This document shows positions 1 to 11,966 of a DNA stretch of 64,000 bases, in pieces. The translations under genes and the position numbers were made by a program. The stretch is from assembly GCA_024137785.1 (NCBI GenBank), contig JAHRHZ010000099.1, forward strand, positions 1,255,262 through 1,319,261, given 5' to 3'. Source of the DNA: Ginglymostoma cirratum (taxonomy: Eukaryota). The notes under the pieces were generated by a model. The model was not told the DNA's origin, searched no databases, and saw only the letters and a program-made list of their open reading frames with translations. How positions within the stretch are numbered: the first letter of the stretch is position 1; each line of letters opens with the position of its first letter.

Positions 1-1010
1 CCTGGTGATTTCAATCTGCGCCACACGTTCATTTACCTTGTTCCATATACTTAGTGTATTTAAGTGCAACACCCCGAGTCCTGCATTGACTGCCACTCCA
101 CTCACAGTTGGCCCCTTATTTACTGTGCCTGAAATTTAGATTCCTCAGCCTTTCCATACTCTCTGTCCTATTACAGGTTCTGTAAAAATGAATAACCTCT
201 ATTGAGCCCTCCCCCCTTTAACTTATTCCATAATTTTCCATATATTTGAACCTTCCACACTACACAAATTAATTTGAAGCCCTGTCCACAGCCCTAGTTA
301 TGCAATTCACCATCATCCTGGACCCAGTGTGACTTCAGTGGAGCCCATTCCATCGGAACAGGTCTCTTCTTCCCCAGTACTGGTGGCAATGTTCCATGAA
401 TTTGAACCTGTTTCTCCCACACCAGTCTTTGAGCCATACATTTACCTCTTTAACCTTGTTGACCTTGTGCCAATTAGCTCATGGCTCAGATAATAACTTG
501 GAGATTTGTGGCTCTGCTTGCTAATTTATCCCCTAGCTGCTCATATTACCTCAGTAGAACCTCTTTCCTCTTTCTACCTATACCATTAGTACCTACGAAG
601 ACCATGATAACTGGATTTTTCTCCTCTCACACAATGAGATATTCCGAACCATGGCACCAACCAGGTAACACAGCCTTCAATACTCAATCCTGATCATAGA
701 GAGCAGTGTCTATTCCCCGAATATAATATTCCCAAATGCATCTACATTTTTCTTCTCTCCCCCTTGAATGGCTCCCCGTATCACTGTGCTATGGTCAGTT
801 TTCTCATCCTCCTTGCAGCCCCCACTCTCAACCACATAGGGAGCAAGAATCTCAAACCTGTTAGAAAATCTCAAGGGCTGAGTGTCCATGAGCACCATCT
901 TCTGAAACCCTCTACCTGCCTTTCTCATAGTCACGCCATCCTGTCCTGACCACTGTACTTAATCTAAAGGGTGTGACTGCCTCCTGAAACATAATGTCCA
1001 GGTAATTCTC
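1..1010 (-). mobile_element. Old CR1 ORF1/ORF2-start fragment
   Basis: Nucleotide similarity to the 30700-31500 region of the young CR1; no intact ORF. Confidence 0.55.
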
Positions 1011-1755
1011 TCCCACCCCTGAAATGCCAGAACTCTCTCTGAGAAGTAAGAACTAATTACTCTTTCTTTGCCGGATTTATTTAGCTCTCTGATTTATACT
1101 CTGTGTAACCATCAGATTGCTTGCTAGTTTAAAACAAATTGATGCATTCTTAAAAACTTTATTAGTTTCATTTAATCTTTTGGATCAAACACTCAGCGAA
1201 CACAACTCCATTTCACCTCATGGTGAGGGTAATATTTCCTGAGAAGATTCACCAGGATCTTTATGCCTCCAGAAATTACAACCTAGCTATACAAAAAAAA
1301 GGATTTAGACAATTGAGAAGAAGACGTTCTTGCCTGATCTTCCTCCTTTAGCTAGAGATCAAAGTGGATTCCATTTTCTGGGGTCTGTCTCCCCCTAGGG
1401 GTCATTGAGGAGAGGGGAATTACTTGTCGGGTAAGTGTCCCCTCGGGGGTAATGGTTGTAAAACACTAAAACTACCACTCAAATTCGTGTGTTTTAGTTT
1501 TGATATAGAATCTGCACTTATTTTTGAATTTGTTTTCGAGTAAGTTGAGAAAAAGTGCTTACACACAGTGGTATGACAACCTGGAATTGGGTCTCCAGAA
1601 TAGTAAGCATCCTGATCAAGACTTGTCAAGCCTAAATCAGAAGTTTCATCACTATAGCATTGTGACTGAGGGGCTCCACTGATGCAGTGGTATTGTTCCT
1701 ACCTCTGAGCCAGAAGGCCTGGGTTCAAGTCCTACCTTCTCCAGTGATGTGTCAT

Positions 1756-2726
1756 TGCACAGCTGTGGATTGGGTAGAGTACTTGTGGTTCTGGAGGTAG
1801 GAAGTTGGAATTTGGTGTTTGTAAAACACTAGGGGGTAAAGGATTGTGTGGTCCTTATAAACATCATGGACTTTTTCTGTGCTTAGAGGTTTAAAATGGA
1901 TGTCGGTGAACAGTAGCTTGAAAGTTCGCAAGTACACAGAGAGCAGCTGAATTGAAACATTTGTACGTAAAGGCCATTCAGTTAGCAGGCCAAGCAGCAG
2001 TTTTTACCAAGACAACAGGCTTTTGAATTTAGCCAATCAATTTGAACCAGATACTTAGATACCAAAAATCTAATAAATTTAATTCTGACAGTTTTGACAA
2101 CGTTGGGCCAATCCTATTGTAAGAAATATTGATATGTCATCAAGGATATAAAAAGAAGGGGGCAGTTGGACAAAGACCCCAGAGCTAGCTGCCATCCACC
2201 AGAGCTAATGGCCCTCAGCTCTCAAGAGAGAATCGCTGGCTCTCACAGCCTCCTCCATGTCTTAGAGAAAGCACCATCTAAATAACAATGGTATCAATGG
2301 CACAACTAGTTAATATTCCTCACAGAAGAATTGACAGAGAAGGCACAGGACGTTCCAGTAGACACGTAACCTAAGTGTAATCACAAGAGACTAAAATCTT
2401 TTTTATATATAAGTGGTACTGCATTTATTGGAACAGCATACAATTAGAAACTTGCTTTATTCGGAAATAGTTAGTAGTTAGAAACAATTTATTCAGTTTG
2501 TTAATAGTTTAGTTAATTTCTTCACCGTTAGAGTTAGATACATAAATCTTTACTTGTTGATTTTAAAGTGAGTGTCAGGGATTTATTTTATTTAACTACC
2601 AGAAGTTGCTGAAAAGCAGGTTACACCACTTTACACAATCTTTTTACAGATAATGGGGCAAGGTGCTCCTCTTTGGGTGTTTCAGTATTAGTTCTCAGAG
2701 GGGGAGCCAACCTCTGGTTTATAACA
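1756..2726 (+). mobile_element. Solo-LTR-like insertion splitting a short tRNA-like SINE
   Basis: The SINE halves (1684-1755 and about 2727-2755) match intact copies at about 5010-5110 and 7130-7230. The insert has TG...CA ends, CCAAT boxes and TATAAAAA (about 2147). No clear TSD. Confidence 0.45.
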
Positions 2727-3419
2727 CATATCTGAACAGGTTGATTAGAAAACATCTTCAGCAGATTCAAATATTTGCTTTAACCAGGTTCAAAATGAAA
2801 TTCCCATACCTGCAGCAGACTAAGTGATTAATTGTGAGGCTGAAGACATTGATGAAGAAAGATCAGTTGGAGCCCATAGCACAAGTACAGCTGATGTTCA
2901 GCCAGTAGCAGATATAGAGTGGGTTAGGGACACAGGTAATCCACACTCGGGAAGGTTCAATGATAACAGAACGCACACCTGCAGATTGGGAGCATTATTA
3001 AATGGCACTTAAAAGCGTGGAAGCATTTATGGTCAAATAATAGGGTTCAGGCAGCAAACGTTTCAGCTAGCTATGGTTTATTGCCATAACTTCTGATTAT
3101 CGGTCAAGGAGTCTGAGCAAAGGTTTAAAATCATTTATTCAAATGAACACCAGAAGAGTATACTCTACACGAGATAGAATATTTCTGAAAAAGATAGAAA
3201 AACTCAGCAGTTTAATTATCAATTTCATCATGTAAGCATCTCATTATCCAAATTACAATCTCATTTCATACAAACGTAAGAAATACATGTTCATTCCTTA
3301 TCATTGTTTAATATCTTATTTCCCTCATAAATTTCCTAGAAGTGAGATTTAGCTAAAAAGGTGGGTAGATTCAGCTCCTAACCTTGGTAAAGCAGCTGAA
3401 GCCTTTGTCAGGAATAGTC

Positions 3420-4270
3420 AGTAATCAGTGAAGATAGGCAACAGCACCTCCTACATGACAATCCCCAACACCGACACCCCACAAGGATGTGTACTCAGCC
3501 CCCTACTGTACTCCCTGTATGCTCATGACTGTGTGGCCAAATACAAAGAGAACAAGTGCTTGGTGACATGGTGCAAATCTGTCCCTCAATGTCGGCAGAA
3601 CTGAAGAGCTAATCATCAACCTCAGGAAGCAAGGGGGAGGGCACACCCCTATCTACATCAATGGAGCTGAGGTGGAGGTGGTCGTAAGTGTCAAGTTCCT
3701 AGGAGGGATGATCATCAACAATCTGTCCTATCGTTGTTGATGCGACAGTCAAGAAGGCACACAACATCTCTTCTTCCTCAGTAGGCTAAGGAAATTTAGC
3801 ATGTCCATAATGACCCTCACCAACTTTTACGGATGGACCATAGAGAGCATTCTATCTGGATCATCATGGTTTGGTACGGCAACTGCTTTGCCCAGGACCA
3901 TAAGAAACTACAGAAAGTTGTGAATGCAGCCCAGACTCCATCTATACTTCTCAATGCCATGGAAAGGCAGCCAACATCATCAAAGACTCATCCCACGCTG
4001 GTTATAGTCTCTTCCCACCTCTTCCTTCAGGGAGAAGATACAAAAGCTTAAACACATGCACCAACAGATTCAAGAACAGCTTCTTCCCCGCTATTCTTAG
4101 ACTTCTAAATGGACCTCTCAAATTCCAAATCTAAAGTTGATCTCGCTCCTTGTGCATCTTCGTTGCAGCTGTAACTTTTTATTCCTTGCTTTGTTCAATC
4201 ATGCTATGAACTTCCTGCGCTACATGCAAAACAAAACATTTCTCTGCACCTAGGCACATGTGACAAAAAG
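3420..4270 (+). mobile_element. Rex1/Babar-type LINE 3' fragment
   Basis: TPQGCVLSPLLYSLYAHDC RT motif and downstream KKAQQ.LFFL..LRKF / ESI..I.VWYGN motifs; many frameshifts. Confidence 0.7.
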
Positions 4271-5337
4271 GAGTCAAATCAAGTCATCTGGTTTCTTGTA
4301 ATGAGTTGGATGTAACTTTGAATGCGAATTGGTATTTTTTCTTCTCATTGATGTAGGACGTCCTTCTTCTGGGCCTCCTCCACTGGAATCTCCTGTGTAA
4401 TATCCATGATCCTGTGTATTCTCTCCCTTGGTTTTTAAGTCATCGTGAGACCTGCTGCCATATCCAGCAAGTACATGGCACACTTGCTGTGGATATGGGT
4501 GTAATGAGTCTACATACGTTGGTCATAAGACCATAATAGAGAGTCGTCATAGAATTAGTCCAGAAACCAGCCTTGGCCTGGTTTATCACCTGGGCAAGTT
4601 TAACTTATGGTACCCAGAGCCAAAATTGTGTGCTAACCAGCCAGGCATGTCTGAATGAGACAAAACCCAAACTCACTGAAAGTAGCACTATTTGCCCAGA
4701 ATTTAAGAACTGGTTAAAAGAGACATAGTCAGTCACAAGCATGATGTATTTACTCTCATTCTTGTACTTAAATAGCTTGCCCCATCTTTCCAAAGCCACA
4801 AACCTCCTTTGATCAGATTAGTGAGTCCAATCCAAAACAAAAGTGGGATACTACTTGTTTAGCCAGGAAGTTCTGTCATTTAGTTAGATGTATGGTTAAC
4901 TATACCAAGTGCAATATTATCCGATAAACAATAATGAATAACAAAAATGGAGAGATTTGTTTTCAGCTGGTTCACATCAGCTGCTTCTTATACACTGTCC
5001 TTGTGGCACCATGGTAGTGTCATTATCTCTGAGCCAGAGGTCTGAGTGCAAGTCCCACCTGTTCTAGAGGTGTAAAATAACATCTCTGAACATGTTAATT
5101 AGAAAATATCTGCACCATATTAGATGTTCAGTTGAAATGACTTGGTCATGATAAGTAAAATACAGATATATGATCTCAAAATCGCGTTACCTAACGCTGA
5201 AGCCTTGGATTTTGGCTTGAGAGGAAACAATTAAAAATGAGTTGGGAAAAAGGCCACCAATACCACATGACTTGGAAAGGAGTAACATTCACAGGAATTT
5301 TACAAAAGGAATCTCTAAATAACATGGCAGAAAGTGT

Positions 5338-6778
5338 TACAGAGATAGTAGGAACTGCAGATGCTGGAGAATCTGATATAACAAGGTGTAGAGCTGGATG
5401 AACACAGCAGGCCAAGCAGCATCAGAGGAACAGGAAATCAGATGTTTCGGGTCGAGGTGCTTCATCAGAAAAATCATTCAAGCCCACCGACTCCCACAGC
5501 TGCCTAGAATACACCACCTCCCACCCACCTTCCTGCAAAAATGCCATCCCCTATTCCCAATTCCTTCGCCTCCACCGCATCTGCTCCCAGGATGAGGCAT
5601 TCCACTCCCGTACATCTCACATGTCCTCATTTTTCAAGAACTGCAACTTCCCCCCGCCAGTGGTCGAGAATGCCTTCGACCGTGTCTCCCGCATTTCCTG
5701 CAACTCATCCCTCACACCCACTCCCCGCAATAAAAATAACCAAAACAGAATCCCCCTCGTCCTCACGTACCACCCCACCAACCTCTGGATCCAACGCATC
5801 ATCCTCCGACACTTCCGCCATCTGCAATCTGACCCCACCACCAAAGACAATTTTCCCTCCCCACCCTTATCTGCCTTCCGGAGGGAACACTCTCTCCGTG
5901 ACTCCCTTGTCTGCTCCACACTCCCCTCCAGCCCCACCACACCTGGCACTTTTCCCTGCAACCGCAGGAAGTGCTACACCTGCCCCCACACCTCCCCCCT
6001 CACCCCCATCCCAGGCCCCAAGAAGACTTTCCACATCAAACAGATGTTCACCTGCACATCTGCTAATGTGATATACTGTATCCACTGTTCCCATTGCAGC
6101 CTCCTCTACATCGGGGAAACCAAGCAGAGGCTTGGGGACCGCTTTGCAGAACACCTACACTCGGTCCACACTAAACAACTGCACCTCCCAGTAGTGAACC
6201 ATTTCAACTCCCCCTCCCATTCCTCAGATGACATGTCCATCCTGGGCCACCTGCAGTGCCACAACGATGCCACCCAAAGGCCGCAGGAACAGCATCTCAT
6301 ATTCCGCTTGGGAACCCTGCAGCCTAATGGTATCAATATGGACTTCACAAGCTTCAAAATTTCCCGTCCCCCTACCACATCCCAAAACCAGCCCAGCTCA
6401 TCCCCACCTCCCTAACCTGTCCTTCCACCTATTCCCTCCTCCCACCTCAAGCCCCACCCCCATCTCCTACCTACTAACCTCATCCCGCACCCTTGACCTG
6501 TCCGTCCTCCCTGGACTGACCTATCTCCTCCCTACCTCCCCACCTACACTCACCTTTACTGGCTCCATCCCCGCCTCTTTGACCGGTCTGTCTCTTCTCC
6601 AACTACCTTCTCCTCTATCCATCTTCTATCCGCCTCCCCCTCTCTCCCTATTTATTTCAGAACCTCCTTCCCCTCCCCCATTTCTGAAGAAGGGTCTAGG
6701 CCCGAAACGTCAAATTTTCCTGCTCCTCTGATGCTGCTTGGCCTGCTGCGTTCATCCAGCTCTACACCTTGTTATTTT
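5338..6778 (+). mobile_element. 5'-truncated Penelope-like element (GIY-YIG endonuclease) with an inverted pLTR piece at its 5' end
   Basis: ORF 5621-6415 has VIYCIHC..LYIGETKQRLGDRFAEH and LQPNGIN. The 3' pLTR runs to 6778 and its reverse complement lies at about 5341-5470. 14-bp TSD ATGGCAGAAAGTGT at 5324-5337 and 6779-6792. Confidence 0.9.
6680..6715 (+). ncRNA. Minimal type I hammerhead ribozyme motif in a Penelope pLTR
   Basis: ATTT-CTGAAGA-AGGGTCTAGGCCC-GAAAC-GTC-AAAT: CUGANGA and GAAA cores, stem I ATTT/AAAT, stem II GGG/CCC, palindromic ACGT stem III, GUC cleavage triplet. Confidence 0.7.
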
Positions 6779-7989
6779 ATGGCAGAAAGTGTCCCACACA
6801 ACCTGAAACGGTAATCTCAGGTTAATTACCAGGATATTAAAATTCATCATCTGCATTGTACAGCTCACAATGAGATCTTTAAATCTCTCTGCAGATGAGA
6901 CTTCTGAACTACAGGTTTTATCAGAAGAAAGACTTAGATCTGAACCTTGTTATGCAAAGGAGAATAAGGGAACTCTGACAATAGTCCATTAAGATTCTTT
7001 GCTCAGAATGAACTGTTTACATTGTGAGCCAGTATTTCCACACCAAAAACACCTCTCCTCAGATAAACCATGATTAGAAGTTTGTGTTTTGACAACAGTA
7101 ATCATTATCTTCAAGAAGAAGAGCTTTGTGTAGTGGTAGTGTCCCTTACCCTGGATCGGGAGGCTCAGATTCAAGTCCTAGCTGCTCCTGAGGTGTTTAA
7201 TAACATCTCTGAACAGATTGATTGTAAAAATATGTTAAATAAAAGTTAATGTGTTACATTTCAGTTTCACTCTTTGGAAGTGGTTTGCCGAGTTCTGCAA
7301 AAGTAATTGCCTCTAAAATAACTGATTGTGAACTGAGGTACTTCAAAATATGGAAAATTGCTCCATACAACTACATGCAGAGAACATCTGAATCCCATTC
7401 AGCTGCAACCCCTACCAGAACCTCAAGATCAACAGAGGAACTATGATCCCTTCACCTAAGAAATGTGCTTTTCAATTCCACTTCCTGTTATTGTTTGCTT
7501 TCATGACAGTGCATGCATGTTGCAGAAATCAGAGGGTTTTTACTTTTTAAAATATGTTTTATACTTCACTTGAATGAGACCACAACAAATTAACTCCTTA
7601 ATTTTGATTACCTCAAGAGATCTGGCTAGCCTGCTTTTTCGCAGTTTTATGTAGGTTCATGAACATATTGAATTAGGGGAAAAAACACATCTGCTGAAAA
7701 ATTCAAAACACTTGTTATACCAAATTCAGGAATGAAAAGGCATGAATTTATTCATCCCTCTGTACTTGGCCATAACAACTTGTATTGATAAAGGTTAATT
7801 AAACATACAACATGGTAAATGCTGAAAATTCAAAAACCTTATCTGCTTTTGTCAGTAACATACAAATAAGATGATTAGTTCAGAGATTTGAAGATCTCTT
7901 GGTAGATCCATTGGCTTTGTGTCCTTTTCAAAGGATTGACATTTCCTGTGGTTCATAGTTCCACCTCCAGTAGGATTTCACCATGTGAC

Positions 7990-8520
7990 ATTCAATTCTG
8001 GCCTCCCAACTACAGGAAAGATGTTGTTAAACTTGAAAGGATTCAGAAAAGGTTTACAAGGATATTACCAGGGTTGAAGGGCTTGAGCTATAGGCAGAGG
8101 CTGTATAGGCTGGGGTTATTTTTCCCTGAGCATTAGAGACTGAGTGGTGACTGTACAGAGGTTTATAAAGTCATGAGGGGCATGAAAAGGGTGAATAGTC
8201 AAGGTAAGAGAGTCCAAAACTAGAGTGCATAAGCTTAAGGTGAGAGGGGAAAGGACTAGAAGGGACCTAACTGGCAACTTTTTCACACAGAGGGCTGTGC
8301 GTGTATGGAATGAGCTGCCAGAAGAAGTGATGAAGGCTTGTAAAATTACAACATTTAAAAGGAATCTGGATAGGCATATGAATAGGATGGGTTTAAAGAG
8401 ATGTGGGCCAAATTCTGGCAAATGGAAATGGATTAATTTAGGATATCTGGTCAGGATGGATGAGTTGGACCAAAGGGTCTGTTTCCGTGCTGAGCATCTT
8501 TATGACTCTATGACTGTATG
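7990..8520 (+). mobile_element. CR1 LINE 3' fragment
   Basis: LERIQKRFTRILPGL..Y..RL and FFTQRAVRVWNELP motifs; (CTATGA)n-like tail. Confidence 0.8.
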
Positions 8521-9319
8521 TATCTGACCTTTAAATATGAGAACCTGTAGGTCAGTTCTTTTGTTAACCAATTCCCTTTCATTCATGGATGCACTTTCTA
8601 ACACGATTCAGGTCTAAATTGTGAATTATTTCCAATTATTTCATGTTAAGTAGAACATGGTAAAAGTGCAAAAAAACCTGTTATACAATGCATCCAATGT
8701 TCAACTCTATGGATACCAGTGAGGAATAATAGGAGAGACTAAACAATGTAGCACCATTTCTATGTCAATGTAACCTTTTAATGCTCAGAATAGGGCCTGA
8801 GATGCACACACACATTCACTATGAGAAACACACTGGAAGGGATCTTGATAGGGAGGTTTTGTGCAGTTAATAACATGCAAAGCAGACAGATTATGCTATC
8901 ATTCTGTGTGAGGATTGATTTGACACCAGTGTTGTCATGTTGGAATGTCACAGTTCAGTCCAGGGCCTCATTTCACCTTGAATCGTCAAACAGTTTGGAG
9001 AATTGGACAAGTGATATTTAATGCCATAGGAAATACTTGCAGAGTTGTTGCCGAATCTCTTCTGTGGCTGGTGCAGTTGTACATATTTTAGGAGCTTTCC
9101 AATACTTGTCTCAAGTCTGAATATTCTAATTGGAGTAATATGGATAGTGTTGTCATACTTTATCATTGATTTAAAAACTGCTCTGAAAGAAGTTATTTTT
9201 AGACATTGGTTCATGTCAGAGTCCTCTCTGAGAACTGAGCATAGTAGAATAATGCAGCTTGCAAAATTGAAGTCAAAGAATATTGGCAATCATTTTCTAT
9301 TTGTTGGAGGCAATACCAA

Positions 9320-10210
9320 GCACAAAAGGAGAGGATGGTAGTTGTTGGATGTCAATCATCACAATCTCACGATATCTCCGTAGTAGTTCCTCAAGGTAGT
9401 GTCCTAGGCCCAACCATCTTCACCTGCTTCATCAATGATCTTCCCTCCATCGTAAAGTCAGAGTGTTGGATGCTTGTTGATAATGACACAATGTTCAGTG
9501 CTATTTTCAGACTGGGGCTGATAAGTGAACGTAACATATATGATAAACAAGTTCCAGGCGATGAGAAAGTCAAACCGTCTTCCCTTGCTGTTCAAAGGTA
9601 TTACCATCACTGATTGTCTCTGTATCAATATTCTGGTGGTTAACATTAATGGAAACAGAACTGGACCTACCATATAAATACTATGTCTAGAAGAACTGGT
9701 CATAGTCTGTGACATTTGCAGTGAGTGACTCATCTCCTGAACCCCCAGAGCCTGTATGCCATTTACAATGCACAAGTCAGGCATGTGATGGGATACTTTG
9801 CCCTTGCCTGGATGAGTGTAGCTCCAATAACACTTGACATCATTTAGGACAAGGCAGCCCACTTGATTGGCCCCCTGTCAACCATATTATCATTCATGTT
9901 TTTCAGTAGCAGCAGTGAGTGCCATGTCAAGACTCCTTTGACAGCATGCTTCTAATGCATGATCTCTGATAGCTGTAAAGATGCAGATGCATTGGAATGC
10001 CACAACTTGCAAGATTTCTTCAAAACCACACACCATTTTGATTTGACGCAATATTGTCATTCCTTCATTGTTACTTCATCAACATCCTAGATTCACTTCC
10101 TGATTGAATACCTGGACCAAATAGACTGCAATGGTTCAAGAAAGTGGCTCACAACCACTTTCTCAAAGGCACTTCGGAATTGACAATAAATGCTGAACAT
10201 GCCAGCAACA
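9320..10210 (+). mobile_element. Old CR1/L2-group LINE 3' fragment
   Basis: PQGSVLGPTIFTCFINDL; same family on the minus strand at about 59140-60170. Confidence 0.7.
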
Positions 10211-11966
10211 TTGATATCTCATGAAAGAACAGTAAAACCTTTTTACCTATGTCAAGATATTAGCCAATTGAATTACAAAACATCAGACATTACTTTTACA
10301 TTTTCTAGTAGTAAACATACTATAAATGCAACAGCTAACATTCTTTTTATTTTAACAAAAACAACTTGCAATTTAATATGCCCTTTAATATAGCAGAATG
10401 ACCCAAGGATGCTTCATAGATTATTCTTAAACAAATGTTGCTATTGACACATACAATGGGATATTGGAACAGGTGGACAAATGCTTGGTCTAAGGTGGAG
10501 AGGGAGAGAGTCTTAGGGAGAACAGTTTAGAGAGCAGGGCCTCTGAAGCTGACGGAATGACTGCTAATGGTGGAGTAGTCAATTTGGAAATATTTAAGGC
10601 ACTGTTTTGAAAGAGAGCAGTTAGGTCACAGGCATGTTTTCTGGAAGAGAGTATAAACAGTCAGAGGGTGAAGTCCTGGAGGGATTTGAAAACAAGAACA
10701 AGAGTTATGAATTTGAGGTATTGCCTAACCAGGAGCCAAAGGAAATTGTCAAGCCACGGGATGGATGATTGAACCAGATTTGATGTGATTGAAGACACAG
10801 GAAGTAGCCTTTTTGATTGAGATAACAAGGTGTAGAGCTGGATGAACACAGCAGGCCAAGCAGCATCAGAGAAGCAGGAAAGCTGACATTTCGGGCCGAG
10901 ACCCTTCTTCAGAAATGCCTCAGTTTATCAAAGGGTAGAATGCGGATGGTTATCTACTGGCAACAAAAGCATTGACAGTACAGAAACAGATAAACTGAGG
11001 AAAAGACAATGTCACGTGATGGTGTGAAGTTGGGTGATGTTCACAATGTTGTCCATTGCGGAGTACTCAGTGGCAGATTGCAACTTTAGTATTTCCACAC
11101 GTTGTTTCTATTTTGGAAATGGCATGTACATGAAGGAGTTTGATCATTTTTTGAAGTCTTGCATTTTTAGGTTCGGGGCAAATTTTGTACTTTTGTTTGT
11201 CAGAGCATTATATTTTTTGGATAATCTTCAGCAGCCAACTCACCAGTGTCAAATTCACAGCATCATTAATGCATGGAAGGTGTTCATTCAGCCTGTCGGC
11301 TTTCAACAGAAAAGTCCAGTTGGTGCTATTTTCCCATTCTAACCTCTGAGCAAGCATATTTCTTTCAAGTGGCCATCCAATTTCATTTCAAAAACTCATT
11401 GTCCCTGCTTCCATCACCCTCACAGGTTCCTGGTGATAATTTATTGTTGTCCAGATAAAGGTTTATCTTTACTTGCCTGCATCTCTTGCACAAAACCTTA
11501 AATCTATGTCCTCACATTCTTAAATAGTTAAATGGGAACAACATTCCTTTGCCTATCCTCTCTAAAGCCATCTTAATATTGTACATCTGTGTAAAATATC
11601 CCCAGTCTATCATGCTCCAAACAGAACAGTCTCACCTTCTCCAACCTAACCTTAGAACTCAAGGATAACAAGGTGTGGAGCTGGATGAACACAGCAGGCC
11701 AAGCAGCATCATAGGAGCAGGAAAGCTTAACGATTCAGGCCTAGACCCTTCATCAGAAATCCTTGACGTTTCGGGCCTAGATCCTTCATCAGAAATCTCC
11801 AGCATTTGCAGTACCTATTATCTCTAACCTTGGAACTCACTTCCTCTGTTTTCCCCCAGTTCCCATCTCAGAAGCCATTCTAGTAAATATCCTGTTTAAT
11901 TCTGTATTCAATATCCAATATCCAAATCATATTAAAAGAAAAGGTTCTAGAACTGATTCTTGTGGG

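Noticed and set aside
2810-2978. Minus-strand segment bounded by CTGCAG and GTATGG like an exon
   Set aside because: Stops in all three frames and no recognisable protein; at most a non-coding or decayed exon.
1420-4483. Two short minus-strand ORFs (1420-1629, 4274-4483) sharing a YY[S/T]GD motif as possible host-gene exons
   Set aside because: No consistent splice structure or recognisable domain; similarity is limited to five residues. A translated search would be needed to revive it.
5541-6731. Pro/Ser-rich ORFs overlapping Penelope elements (also 20805-21692)
   Set aside because: Alternative-frame or antisense readings of C-rich transposon DNA.
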